A DNA stretch of 64,000 nucleotides from Cirrosporium novae-zelandiae (taxonomy: Eukaryota), in the NCBI GenBank assembly GCA_026023565.1, contig JAPETS010000046.1, positions 1 to 64,000 on the forward strand, read 5' to 3'. Below are positions 13,442-27,235 of this stretch, piece after piece. The first letter of the stretch is position 1; each line of letters starts with the position of its first letter. The notes under the pieces are model-generated. The model was not told the origin of the DNA. It was given only the letters and a program-made list of their open reading frames with translations, and made no database searches. The translations under genes were made by a program, and so were the position numbers.

Positions 13442-14146
13442 GCCGATCGGTCTTCGGCTACCACTGGGATTCCGGACCTCGGATTACTATGGCCCTGCAT
13501 TCAAATAACAGCTACCATAAGCACTGGTAGGAATATCTGTATATCAATGCACCACAGCTGCCACATTCGAAGACTCATGTATCCATATTTCTCCATGATT
13601 ATTGATTGGTAATGGAGAACCAAGGCACTGTGTATCGTGTCTGGGAACTACCTCGACACTAGAATTGGGCGAAATATTAATAACCGGAAGCTTTTAGGAG
13701 CTCGGATAGTTGGTTGAGATTTCTAACTTTGACAAAATTAGCAAACCTCATGCAGACATCATATTATTAGATCACTGCCTAGCCCCTGATGTTTACCCGC
13801 ATTTGGCCTTTTCAATATGGCACTTCGAGGTCGCATGCATCTAGGCCAAAAGTGAATGGGTAAATATTCGAATTAATGCTACGCAGCACCATGGGATATC
13901 AGTTTTCTCTAGCCTTCTAATACAGTGTGCCTTCAGAAAGGAAAGGATACCCGACTGTCTTCAGTGCATGAATATAGATATCAAGCTGTTTCTGCCCACA
14001 GGTCTATGCAAGCTCCATTGGTGTATGTGACTGGTTTTCTCCAATCGTGTTTTTATCAGTACATGATTCGAGTAGGAAAGCTATCGTATTAATAACAAAT
14101 GACGGTTTCTGGGACGGTTTCTCGGATGGCCGAAACCACGGTCTGC

Positions 14147-16375
14147 TCAATGCGATGGGGTCCATCCCCAAGAGTCAGGTTGGTTAATCCCGATGGCGAC
14201 CGAAGAATTCTTCTCACAGCTTCTTAAAATCGAAATATTTGCCATGATAGCTGCATCGTGAACGGCAGTTTGACCGCATGAATCCTGATTCATAAAATAT
14301 ATTCTATTCCGAACTAATATGTCAACTTCTTCAGCTCTCCTAAAAGCAGCTGCCACGTGGAGGGCTGTATTTCCAGATTCATTGGTGGCCTGAAAGTCCG
14401 TAAAACCATTGACGAGGAGAAGTTCTAAGGCTTCTAGGATTTTACGTGACATCATTAACATGGGAAGTGTTAAGGATTAAGCTAAAAGGACGTGGTTGCC
14501 CGCTAGTCAAAGTGAGTAACTCTATTTAGCTATATAAGCTTGCTGTTCGTAACAGGAAGCATCTTCTCCAATGAATTTATCTGGTCAACAGGGAAGAACA
14601 CTAGTGTGACCAATCACTAGCGCTCTTGGGAATCGAACCCAACCTGGTATTTATAGTATTTGACAAACGGAAGCTTCTTTTTGAATAAGTATTCTGCTAC
14701 TGCCCAAGTCGCCAACTCGAAAAGCAAGAAAACGCCTTGTAGCGATTGGTTTCATGGATTGCTCTCGCTAGCTCAAATTTCCTTTCGAATCAGGTTACCT
14801 AAGCGGCTGACTGATATGAGAATGTTTTATCTTCGGATATCGTGTATCAAGTTCACATCAGTTCTAAAATCGATAAAATATTGGACGAATTTGGTGTTTC
14901 TACTCTGTACGGCCATCCGTTGTTTAACTTGAGCATTTTGCTCAAACTTCCAATAGTGGCGGAATACCTACTTTCGAAAGTACATCCAAGGCTGTACTTC
15001 CCGTTATCGACATGTCATTAACGTCACCATTTCTACTCCCAAGATGCAACCCAACAGCGTCCATGTTACCATCCTTACACGCCATAGAGAACCTGCAGTT
15101 TGCCGGTACGATATTCTGGAGACGGATTCGGCCGAATGAAATGGATATCACACCACCCATTTGCTATTCGGTAAGCTAATTCAATAAGGAGGTCTTTCGA
15201 GATTAACCATACTAGGAACCTCATAGGTATTCGATTAGATGCATAATGGATCTTATCATTCTTCCGTGATACTCTTGATTTTTGGATACGGAGCAATTGC
15301 AGCCACCATGATTTGACCAACGCAAAACTTTCGTGTACCCCGGATTTATTAACACGTGTGGTAGTATTCTCATGAATCCCTAGTTGAGTTGCGTTAGAAG
15401 ACTAATAATGTTGTCTAGGTAGCCTTTTCGATCTCATTCTAATGTTTTTATAGATATGCCACTATTAGATTCCTTTCATCGGTACTTAGGCGTACCTTTA
15501 TGAAAATTAAAAAGCAAATGAAACATACAAATATATCGTTTTGGTGAATGATATATATTTCTTAATTTCCTTTACTTTCTTTAGAGCTTTCTTATTCTGT
15601 GCTTTCCTCTACAGGCCGACCATATTTTATTGCCAGCAGTCCATTCATTTTCATCACTATAGGTCTTTTTGATATTATGGTGGAGTAAGTGGGCATGCCC
15701 ACTTACCTCTATGTAAACCCCCCCTAATAAAAGCAATTTGGTTTAGTTTCTTTTTCGGAGGATTATAAGGGTCAGCGAGAGCCTAAGGATTGAAGAGACA
15801 TCTATCTATCTAACTATCCATTGACCCATCTACCTATGCAATTATTGATCTGCCTAATCAATTATGTATCCAACTAGTGAACCATTCATTCAATCAATCA
15901 ATTAGTTATTCATACCTCTATTCTATAAGTTGGGGTCTACTACCTACAATTACACCCCCGTCCATTTGCTATTATCGACACAGTGCCCGAATCAGTACAC
16001 GACTACTATGGCTATAGACATTACCTTAGGGTTTGGTTTGTTTGCTGTTCTTATGACTTGAAAGTACGTACAGTCCATGAGCATACAGACACACTCCACC
16101 ACAATATCATATAGCGTTTCCGTCCTCTGCTGTATTCGGCTTTCGAGGGGTCTTTGTATCTCCGGTGGAAGCAACTTATTATCAAATGTAGACGTAGGAC
16201 AGGCCACGTACTCAAGTTTTTTTTCTATATTCCAAGTCCTCCTAACAATCTTTAGTGCATCTTTTCTAGCATACTTGAACACTCTGCAAGTTTTCTTGAT
16301 GAGCTTGAATGTCGTCATGGCACTGTCAAGGAGTTGAGTGAAGGCAGCATTGATACTGACAACATCCATACTATA
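14147..16375 (-). pseudogene. Fragmented HeLo-like (fungal STAND N-terminal) + ankyrin-repeat gene
   Basis: MDVVSINAAFTQLLDSAMTTFKLIKK..FKYARKDA N-terminal helix pattern; NIVPANCRFSMACKDGN..DMSITGSTALD; ankyrin motifs GNTALHVAA, GQTAVHDAA, GWTPSH*; stops, frame changes and an AT-rich insert ~15330-15990. Confidence 0.65.
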
Positions 16376-19300
16376 ATGGATATGCAATATGATTTTGAAA
16401 GCTTGATCTATAGTATTCGTTTCAAAAACAAGTGTGGTTTGCGAGTATCTAGCCTCATATACTTGAAGTCGGAAAAGTTTGCCATTCGACTGCAAGGCTG
16501 TCAAGTCTACATTAGGCTGAGGCACTTTCACATCTCCACATAGGGAGAGACTTGAGTAAATCATAGATTTTGTACATTCGCTGATATTAATTGATGCAGA
16601 TTGTAATAATGCCCAGGGATAATTACCTATAGACCACCCACATATAATTTCCGCCGAGGTAGGCCCACTCCTCATGTTTCGGTCTAAGGCTTCACTTTCA
16701 GCTTACAAGGATGAAAGTACCGTGAGATGGTTTATCGGTGAGTCTTATTGGTGTCTTTGCCTCTGCCCCCTGTGGATGGTAGTCATGATTAACCAAGTCA
16801 AGGAAAAGTAGAGCTGCCTAATTCAAGGTTACTCGTTTAGCCTGCATGAAGGAGGTGTTCACCCCTCCACAGATTACATCTTCTTTCACCATTTATTTAT
16901 TCGTTCCACCCACCATCTTGTTTTTATAAATCAACATCTAATGGTGAAGTCTGAACGGATTCCATGATTTTCATTTTGCTACCATTAGGAATTTTGGATT
17001 TTGAGGCTGGTGACCTTATCTATCTCCACTACAAGTTCGAACTACCACGTTTTCGTACTCAAACTTCATCAAATTTCTAGAGCGTATGGTGATAAGAAAC
17101 GTAGCTTACGGTCTATGACGCTCGTAATTCATCATGAGCTTCCAATCTGATAAATTCTCTTTGCAAACTCTGGAAATATATTGCGTTCAATTATTTAGCT
17201 ATCGAATTGCTTCATGCTCCTGTCTAATATTTATACCTTGAGGAATTACCTTCCCAAAAACAAATACCTGGAAAGCTAGGGCTAGTTCAGAGTCGACTAA
17301 ATAACTCAGAAATATTGTTCTTGGAGGAATTGATATACCATACTTGTGGCCCTGAAGAAAGATGGCAGACATGACAGAAGTCCGAAATGGAATATTCTAC
17401 CGGACAAGAATGGTAACAGAAGAATCTTCTGTTCTGAAAATATACTCTATATCTTATTAACGACTATACAATAGCTCCCTCGACTCAATACACTCCCCCC
17501 CCCTATGAAATCATGCCATGTACTAGTGAGAATATCATAAGATCCTTCATTTATTCTGCTTCTAGAAGCTAAACATCGCTAGTGTCCCGCACGATCTGAC
17601 TTTGTCGCTTGTACCAACTGCCTTCGGGTAAGCTGATAATTCCAACGCTTTTATTGGTTTCCAAACCTTTTTAAATATTTTGACTCTATAGATTTATGGC
17701 GGCTATAGAAGGTGTGATGTATGTGCTAAATAAAAAAACCATGACCCACATTGTTACCAGCCAATACTAAGAAATTTTGCAGTACTGTGGAGGGTGGTGG
17801 TCAGGGGGGTCTCTCTGCCCGTGGCCTTTCTGTCCTTCCCGACCAACGTGCCCGGTAAGCTTTTGGATACCGCCCTAAACGCTATTCCCGGCGCCATTGA
17901 AGGCTACTCACCTCATTTTATAGGTCTGTTCCTGCATCAAAATCCATGGCCAAACCCGTTGTCCATGGTTAGGCTGTGATGAAAACGATTGGTTTTGCAA
18001 CGTCAGTGAAAATCCTGCCACAATCTTCTTTCCCGTTGAGATTCACCTCTATAGAAGGACTGACCATCTTGGTAGTCTTGTGGTGGCGGGCCTTATAATA
18101 TTTTGCAAGCTTCGGCCTGTTCGCAGTGTAATATGGCGCGGAGATTGAGTTTTCATATATCTAATCATGTATTGAATTAGTGGTCACCTGGGCCTTTTCA
18201 TATCTCAACGACGTTTAATGTGGCTTGGTTAAGATATGGATTACATAGTTGAATCGAGGGATCGAGGGGTCAATCAAGTCAATTGCTGAAGCCTGAAAGG
18301 AAATACACATCTCTCCTTTGGCCAGCAATAACTAACAAAACTCCAAGGTCAAACTGGAGACAGGATGATCTTACAAACACGATAGCACAAACTATATTAA
18401 AAGTCGGATAGGAATTATCACAGCAAATGATTAGTGGGGGGGGAAAATCTATTTCCCGAAATTATCTCACTGAATACTTGAATAATATAATCCTTTCCAG
18501 CTCTTACTTATTCCTGTTACAATACAGCTCGTACCTTATATTTTACCCTCAGCGTATGTATTTTCATGGTCGAAACAATTATTATATCCAAATCCAGTAT
18601 TAAATTGTAATAATTGGTTGGGGTTAACGGCTCAGGCTAAGGGGTAGAGCCCCACAATGACCCCACAAACAACCCCACGTCGCTTCTTTTAGCCAACTTG
18701 AGACCCCCAGGCCATGCCCGTCATATACCATGTAAATTGCAGAATACATCAAGACTGTAATCATAAAATTTCTAACGTCACCTGAGCCAAGTCCATAGGT
18801 AAGGTGAGAACAGCATGAACATTAACGTGACAAATTACCAGTGTTTGTATCAATCTAACCTTGCCTGGTATTTATGGCATCGGGGACATGAATTACACTC
18901 CGAAAGTCCGTACTCATATTTTCCACGCTCTGAAATGAGTACTGTGGTAAAACATATATACCACAAGCCTGACAAAAATGTATGGATCTACAGACTAGCA
19001 TAATGCTGACGTACATATGTACCGCCAAATACCTCAGTTCCACTCTTAGAAAGTCGACGGTTGAATAGAGGTAATTTTTACTCCTTTCCCCACATCTGGT
19101 ATCCAGACCTACTACTAACATCGTAGGAAAACCATCTCGGCAATTGTTATGGAAGTTTTCAGTTGTGACAATTCAAGGCCTTTCTCCTTGTGATCACACT
19201 TATTCTAGTTACTCCCTGCCTCCTTCGTCCTAAGTCTTAGCCTAGATGCCAGCTGACAATTTACTAAGGCAAGGTCTTCTTCAACGGCAACGAACCTTTT

Positions 19301-20343
19301 GTAACGAAAGACCAACCCAAACGATCTAAAACCTATATGCAGTTGATGATGGATAGGCCTTCCCATGGTATCTGCCAGACAAACTAGGGATCTTGGGTAT
19401 CTTTGAACTGTCTTGCAAGGGAAGGAAATGAGCAAGGTTCTTGGTGCTAAGGTTGGCTGCGTTTCCTGTGCGTGTGACTGGCTTCAGAGCCAGAATCCTA
19501 GGAGGCTCGCACTACTCCTAAGTGAATTTTAGATTGAAGATGTTGGAGAAAGAAGCATGCCAGTTTGGTTTGGCCTTAATCTATGGCTTGTAATTTTTAT
19601 ATCATAATCCATTGGTTGGAGTGGAGTGATGGAACTGGCTACTGCTCTACTCGCCCGAAGAACATGCCATAATCATTACTTAAGTCCAGCAAACTCAGAT
19701 TTTTACTACCTTCCACGTATCAGCTATCAACCCCACATTCACCCCAGGTTTCATTGCAGGCCTCTTAACTATATTAAGGCTTTGGCGAATGGGGCGGCTG
19801 CTTAACGTTGTTTACAGCAGTCAACCTGTAGGAGGTGTTGCCGTATTAAAGTTGACGGTGCAAATGGCCATTACTTATTACCGCAGCTTACAGGCCATTT
19901 ACGTTTACTTTAATAATTCCCAATCCAACAGCCCACTATTAATACTGATTATCATGCGCGAAGAGGAAGGCATTTCCTGGACTGGGAGATATGCCGGATC
20001 TAGTCATCGATCGAACTATGCTGGAGGAGTTACGTTGCTACTATATTCTGCAAGAAAGTGCTCAAGCTGGGGGGCTAGATTATAACGTGTTGTTATTTGG
20101 ATGCTTCCCTTCTATGCTAGAGTAGCTCCGGAAATTACTCATTTTTATATTTCCACTGCTTTGCTACTTTCTTGTTAACATAAATAGTCCTGGAACATAT
20201 CGTCTGTCTCGCTCCTGGATCTTTGCTCCTCACTAGACCTCAGACCTGGCTTATTCAGGGCGAGAGCTTTCGTTATCCCGAGAGAAATACTTATACCTTT
20301 GGACGTCAGCAATCCCTAAACCCCAGCCACGAAAATCGCGGCC

Positions 20344-22155
20344 ATGATATTCATTTTCTATCTTCTGTCGATATCGCTTGCGCTTGCAGAGAGTGATTTG
20401 TACACTACTTATCTATCCGTAAGTAGCAAACCTTTTAATGCGCATAAAGCGCATACATAACTGACTGACATGTATCTGTGGAACTAAGCGACCGGAATTG
20501 AAAGTCCCTCTCTATTCCGTTTCCGTCAATGACGAAGTTTTGACCTCTCCAGGATATATCTTCGTCTCCCCTACTGACGTGGATCAAGCCGGTCCCTATA
20601 TATATGACACTCAAGGGGTAGGTTATTATCTTTGGCACCTGTTTCGACACCTGACTGATATGCCCTAGAACTTAATCTGGAGCGGATATGCGTCTGTTGG
20701 CTCGAATGTCGCTGACTTTCAACCTTGCCAATATAAAGGCAGTGAGGCCATTTGTTACTACCACGGAGTTCAGGCGAATGCCCATGCTATAGGTCAAGCG
20801 GTTATTTTTGATAGTCACTATGTAGCCGTTAGATCCGGCCAATCAATTTTCGGCTCACCAGTGGATTCACACGAATTCAATGTTATAGAAGATGGGACAA
20901 GGGCTCTCTTAAGCGGGTATACTGCAGTCAGACGCGACCTGAGCAATTATGACATTACCGACGGGCAAGGCTGGTTGTCCAGCGGTATTGCCCAGGAAAT
21001 TGACGTTACAACTGGAGAATCCATCTTTAAATGGAGCTCTGCCGACTTTGTGGATCCGGAAGAATGCATAGCACCGATAAATAAGACCCTGGGTCGGCCG
21101 ATGGTGACGGGTGATGGGTTGACCCCAGGCAATGCATATGACTATTTGTATAGTACACATCAACTTCTTTGGAGATAGGTTCACGGACGATCTCTAGCTA
21201 TATTAATTCCATCGATAAAACTTCGGATGGGGATTATCTTGTTTCTGGAAGGCACTGCTGCACAATATACAAGATTTCTGGAGTCGACGGATCCATTATC
21301 TGGAAGCTCGGGGGCTATGATGCTGTGGATTCAGACTTTGTACGCGATGGCTTCAACTTCAGTTTCCAACATGACATTGTAAGTCAATTTCGCCATCACA
21401 TTTTTTTCTCTATATAGACATTTGCCAGAAAGAAGTAAAGTCTAATCTACTAGTAGCGTGTCGTATCGACCAACTCCACCACAACCGTCATCTCCCTTTT
21501 CGACAATGCGTCAGACCTCTACAACGAAACCTCAACCGAGTCCTCTGGCAAAGTCATCGCCCTCGACAACACGACCATGACAGCCACCCTTGTACACTCC
21601 TACACCGCACCCAACATGACCGACAACTCCACCAACATTTTCACCGCATACATGGGGAACCTGCAGCTCCTCTCAAACGGAAACGCATTCCTCGCCTGGG
21701 GTGGCCACGCCGTCGTCACCGAACACACCACCGATGGAGACCTAATCTACTACGCCGCCGTCGGCAACGACAGCACGACGCACTACCGCGCCTTCAAGGG
21801 CAACTGGACCGGCTACCCGCTCGACACCCCAGCCGTGTACACCTACTCGCATAACACTTCCGCGCCAACATTCATCGCCGCATCCTGGAACGGCGCGACG
21901 GAGACGGCCAGCTGGAAGTTCTACGGCGGGAGCAACCGCACGGGCGAATTCACAGCTCTGGGGACGGTGGAGCGCACGGGGTTCGAGACTAACTATACCG
22001 CCGCCGGGTACGAGCCGTATGTGGTTGTGGAGGCGCTCACGGCTAATGGAACGTCGCTGGGGAAGTCGGTGATTACGCAGACGTTTGTTCCAGGGGATTC
22101 GTTGACAGATTATTGTGATGATGTCATGTGTCCTGAGACAGACCATTATTCATAG
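20344..22155 (+). CDS. Secreted arylsulfotransferase (ASST)-like beta-propeller protein (multi-exon)
   Basis: Signal peptide MIFIFYLLSISLALA; SRPEL, GPYIYD..G.LIWSG, DSHEF, INSIDK..GDYLVSGRH, IIWKLGG, FQHD, ISLFDNA, GNLQLLSNGN, YRAFK..WTGYP, SWNGATE, RTGFET. Confidence 0.9.
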
Positions 22156-22199
22156 TAGAGTATAAAAAGGTTAAGTTATTGAATAGGTAACCTTTAAAA

Positions 22200-24100
22200 T
22201 CAAAATCAAGCTACTCTTACTTTGTTTGTCAAATCAACGTCTCATTTTTATATATCTAACAGATATTGTTACGGTACCTTATATGACTAGATAGATTACT
22301 CACTTGGTAACAAGCAGGTAATCACGTCCTTTTGGCTTAGGGGTAAACTTCTAGCTTATCGCTAACAAATAGGTTCAAAATATTATTATTATTATTTTAA
22401 GAGCTTCCTATATACATTGTTGTTAAAAGGTAAGGTAACAAACATCTTTATTTAACTAACTAACCAACCTAAGCCAAAAAACCACATAACATCCCCTACC
22501 TGAGTAGATATATATAACCTGACCACCCCTTTTTGTTCCCCCAAATAAACCATAAACCCTAAACATCAAACAAACCCTTAATACCTAGTCCTTAATCCCT
22601 AGAAAAAGGCGTGCGTTCCAACGTTAATAAATGAAAAGGGCAAGATATTTGTGTGTTTGTTTATGCTGCCTGCTTGTTGGCTAGTTATAGGAGTTAGTGG
22701 GAAGGTGGGAGTGAGAAGGGATTAGGGATTAGGAATTTAAAATGGGTAAGGGGGATTAGGGTTGGTTGGTTAGTTGATTGGTTGATTGGTTGATTAGGGA
22801 TGCGAGGGCTCGAAGTTAGAATTGGAGTTGTGGGCTGTGAGTAGTAATGTTGAATTATGTGAAGTAAAGTAAATGTCGTCGGTTTCGTTTGCTGAGTTGG
22901 TTACTTATAATTCCCCCCCCCCCCTTTTTTTTTTTTTCCTTTCTTTTTCTCTTTCTCCTTTTCTTTCTCTTTTCCTTTTCTCGAAACTCAATATTAAGGC
23001 GGGTTAAGGGATAACGGAATAAGAGAGTCGTTGAATGAGGGTTCTATTTTTTATGTTTTATTTTATTGTAGACTCGAGACTCGAGAACTCGGACTCGGAC
23101 TTGGATTTGGACTCGGACTTGGACTCGGACGGATTGACTTTTTGAGGGAGGGGAGTTGATTGTTATGGCTAGAGTTGGGATTATAATTATAATTATTATT
23201 ATATCTCTTCTCTTCTATTTTTTTATATGATGTATTAATCCAACCCAATCCTTTAATGCTTATTATAAACTTACAAACCTACAGAGTTTTATACCTCTAG
23301 ACCTCCAGCTTCTGGTGTCCGTATATTTCACCCAACCCTAATCTCTTCCTTTTGGTTTTCTTTATCTTATCTTATCCCAGCCGTCTTTGTCATTTTCTTC
23401 TTCATCCTTTTCTCTAATCTATCTGTCTGTTCGTATTTCCCTTGGTAAGGAAGTAAATGAATAACTATTTTTTCTTCTTCTGGTTTATTTCATTTTATTT
23501 CATTCTCTTGACATTGCTATTTGCCGTTCTTTTTCACTTGTCGTTCGGTATATATGTATGTATATATATATAGATTTAATCTATCTATCGATTTATCAAT
23601 CTCTGAATACCCGAATGCCTGAATGCCAGTGCTTGATTGGATTAGATTGGGCAGGGGGTCCGTTGATTGATTTGTTAAGGAGTTATCGTTTTTGTGCAGG
23701 CCAACTAGCTGACTATCATTGACGTAGGATAGTCGAGCGTTTGAAATGAATTTTGAATTTCTGTCGTGATAGTTATTTTATTGATTGCCTCACAGTACTT
23801 ACTCTTACTTAGGACCTGGTGATTTGATGTGCTTGTGTCTAGCAGGTAGCAGCAATGTAATGTATTAGAGGGAGGAAAGAAAGCGGAAAGAAGAAAAAGA
23901 AAGCAAAATGGCAGGGGAAAAGGGGGTTAGTGGATAAGAAATAATTAAGATTTTAACTTGAGGGTACTGTAAGTATCGTATTGTAACCCTAAGAGCTTCA
24001 TTTTACTGCTGCTCTTGCTGCTATCCTATCTCTATTAGTATATATATATATAGTTTGCCTTAGCTATCTACTCAGTAGATGATCAGTTAATGGCTTTACC
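22200..24100. repeat. AT-rich low-complexity intergenic region with simple repeats (GGTT/GATT, CGGACT hexamers ~23070-23130, poly-C/T)
   Basis: Direct inspection; no credible ORF. Confidence 0.7.
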
Positions 24101-24469
24101 ACACTGTCTTTACATGCGTATCGCATAATAAGATATCAGATATATCACCTTATTATAAGCTCTGTGGTCTGTAGTAGCAACAAAAACCCGAAACCTAATA
24201 TCTCCTTCCCCCAGCCTCAAGCCATCTTCCAAAACATACTCCCCGATTCCATTGCTATTCTTTGCACCCCGCTTGCCCCTGACTTGGCCTAGGCCGCTCA
24301 TTTGTGATAGGGAAAATAGGTTAATTTGTGTACGAGTATATTGAAGAAACAAATTTGAATTTTTGTTTTTTGCCCTGAATTGATACTACCCCTGTAGGGT
24401 GGTGCCAACGGCGAGAGTTGGACATTTTTGTCATCGTTTTGCACTGCAGCCACGCTACCTAGACACCTT

Positions 24470-26922
24470 TCATCTTCGACTGATTTCTGCCATTTCCCTC
24501 TCCAGCTCTTTAGCTTCCTCCTGCCATCCCTGGTTCTGATAAATTGACGCTAGCTTAGCTATGCTGGCCAATGTATCTGGATGTTCGGCCCCAAGCACTT
24601 TTTTCCTGAGCTCTATTACGTGAATTTCTAGCTTTTCAGCTTCTACCCATCGTTTTTGGAAAGACAAAATTGGCACTAAGTTGGCTAGGCTGGTCAATGT
24701 TTCTGGATGTTCGGCCCCAAGCACTTTTGTTTGGGTTTTTATCACTTGAATATCCAGTTGTTCAGCTTTTTCCCACCGTCCCTGGGCTCTATAAATTGAC
24801 GATAGGCTAGCTATGCTGGCCAATGTATCTGGGTGTTCGGCCCCAAGCATTTTTTCCCTGATTTCTATTACGTGAATTTCCAGCTTTGCAGCTTTTACCC
24901 ATCGTTTTTGGAGAGACGAAATTGATACTAAGTTGGTTATGCTGGCCAATATATCTGGATGTTCAGGCCCAAGCACTTCGCTTCCGATTTCTATTACTTC
25001 CATATGCAGTTTCTCTGCTTCTTCCCAACGTTTTCGATTGAAGTAGACGAATGCAAGACTGGCGATAGATTTTAGCGTATATGGATGGTTCGTCCCAAGT
25101 ACCCTCCGATTTTCTTCCACTTGTATTTCCAAACAGGTTGTTTCTTGCTCGCTGGTAGATTTATCTAAAATACCTTCTGGGTCTTTTGACGCTAGCTGAC
25201 TGGGTAATCGGTCCAGAAAATTATCCACCTTCACTCTAACGTGTGAAAGCTTAGAAAGTTCACTCGTTTCCTGAAGATTCGCTAGAGTAAACGAGGTTTT
25301 CTGGCTCAAAGGATCAGGAGGTGGGAGGCTACTAAGATCCTCTACCTCTATCTCTAAAGAGGACAAGCCGTCAAAATTATCATCATCGTCAGGCTCTTGA
25401 GATCCTCGATTGGCATTGGATGAACCTGAATCCCCTTCTTCCGAGCCCACTTCCATACTCATGGCTCTGGGTAACGCAAAGCAAGCAATTCTTTGGAGAT
25501 GAGATGCGACATGACTCGGGCTGATATTCTTGGTTAGACAAAAAGGACATTCTCGCTCAAATGATTCTGGAGGAGACCCATTCAAGGAGGAAATGTTTAT
25601 ATGGTGTTGATACTCGTGGTTAATCCAGTCTCTAAGGCTATCGTATTGTAAATCTGCTTCCTTGCAGTCTTCATATGTGCATACATAAGGTCTAAGGTCT
25701 CGCAATACGTGGATTCTATATCAATGTAGTCAGTAAGATATTTTAGAATAATTTTTAAATCCATTAGTCAGTTCACTCACTCCCATGCTCTCTTCTCCAT
25801 TATTCGTGTTGAGCACAAAATGAAACAGTAGGGGCATTCGAACTCCTTTTCCTCGCGAAACTTTATCGGAAGCTGTGGAATGAAAGGCCCTTCATAAGTG
25901 TCTTCTTGTGCCATAATAGCATAAGTCGATGTTGAAATCACTGAACTATTGTCATCTAGGTCAATCCTCGCGTCCTCTACTCTGGTCGCAGTGGAAGACA
26001 GTGATAGAGTAATTGCTTCAGCAGCGTATGGGCCTGTGGAGTTTGAGCTGCCTAAAAGATTTTTCTGTTTAGGAGGCAGCTGTATCCCCTGTTGAGGGTC
26101 CCGACCTATCCGTTCAAGTTTAGATTTGTGCTTCTGCCAGTATCGAAATTGTTGTCTGCGTCGTGTATTGGCCTTGGCGAGCCGTTGGACAAGAAAGTGG
26201 TCTTCGCCATTTTGAGTATCCTTACAATATTCGCATCGTTCCTTATGGAGTTGCCCAATGACCTCCTGCATATGGTGATAATCTAAACATTTGAAACAGT
26301 CGATCAGATCGATTCCAGTTGTTTCGTCCACTTCGTGATATGCATAAGCTTTCGAGAAGCCTATCCTTGTGCTAGGATTACGGATTCGAAAGGATAACCG
26401 GTATAGCCTGTCGATTAGGTCTACGAGGCTGTCGAGAGCTACTTGGACTAACGGCTCATCTTCGTCACTATCAGTGTCTTGTTCAAAACAGTCCTCATGG
26501 CCTTCCCCGTCCTCATGGGGATCGGGGTCGTTCTTCCAATGTGGCTTCAATCCCAAAGTCTCATTTACTAGCGTGGTGTCAACTAAGACTCAAATATATA
26601 AGATGGAATTCTTCAAGCCTGTACTTATCGCGAACGGTTCCTCAAAACTTGCCAACAGCCTCCTAGCAAAGTCATACACCGCAGGAGCATCTCTGAATCG
26701 GTAATCCAATGAGCCGTGACCGTGCTGGTATAGACCAAGGTTTATAGCCCACAGACTAAATCTCTGTGACTGGTTAATCAGCTCTATTTTGGACACGCCT
26801 TTTCTGGAAAACTCGTTTGGATCATGAGTCTCAAAATATTCTTCTAAAGCCCTAAACGTGTCCCGTATCCAGAAACCGGTGCTAGCCAAGGACTCGTGCG
26901 CCAATGAACTTCGTAGCATCAT
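24470..26922 (-). CDS. Protein with an N-terminal helical domain, a C2H2-type zinc-finger region and C-terminal kinesin-light-chain-type TPR repeats (3 exons)
   Basis: RFSLWAINLG..SLDYRFRDA; LIDRLYRLSFRIRNP; RLAKANTRRRQQFRYW; FECPYCF..W.IHVLRDLRPYVCTYEDC..WINHE; CPFC..HVASHLQRIA; 42-aa repeats LGAEHPDTLASIA.LA.IY..QGRWEEAE.L. Confidence 0.85.
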
Positions 26923-27235
26923 TCGTTCTCGATATACGGTAATACGCTAGAATGATGCTCTCCTCAATTCAGTCGAGATTTTGATTTCGGAGAAGGGTCA
27001 CTGCTGGTTTATGTATAAGTCGTTGATAGACGGGATAAAGCGGGGTATCTCTCTCGCAAGGTATTTGAGCACCCCGCTTCGATGATAACACGAAGGTAAA
27101 TCAATTCAACCTCGATTTTAAGTCTAGATACTCATATACCGGCAACAACTCGATCTTCTCAAAGCTATCGTCGTCGATTATAGATAAATATACGTGTTTA
27201 TCCTCCCTGAAGTCTCTTCCAACGTCAACGGATAT

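Noticed and set aside
16700..20300. Possible transposon or gene relics in the long intergenic stretch
   Set aside because: No RT, integrase or transposase motifs and no terminal repeats could be identified by eye
22267..22367. TGTTA...TAACA 101-bp segment as a solo LTR
   Set aside because: Very short and no target-site duplication
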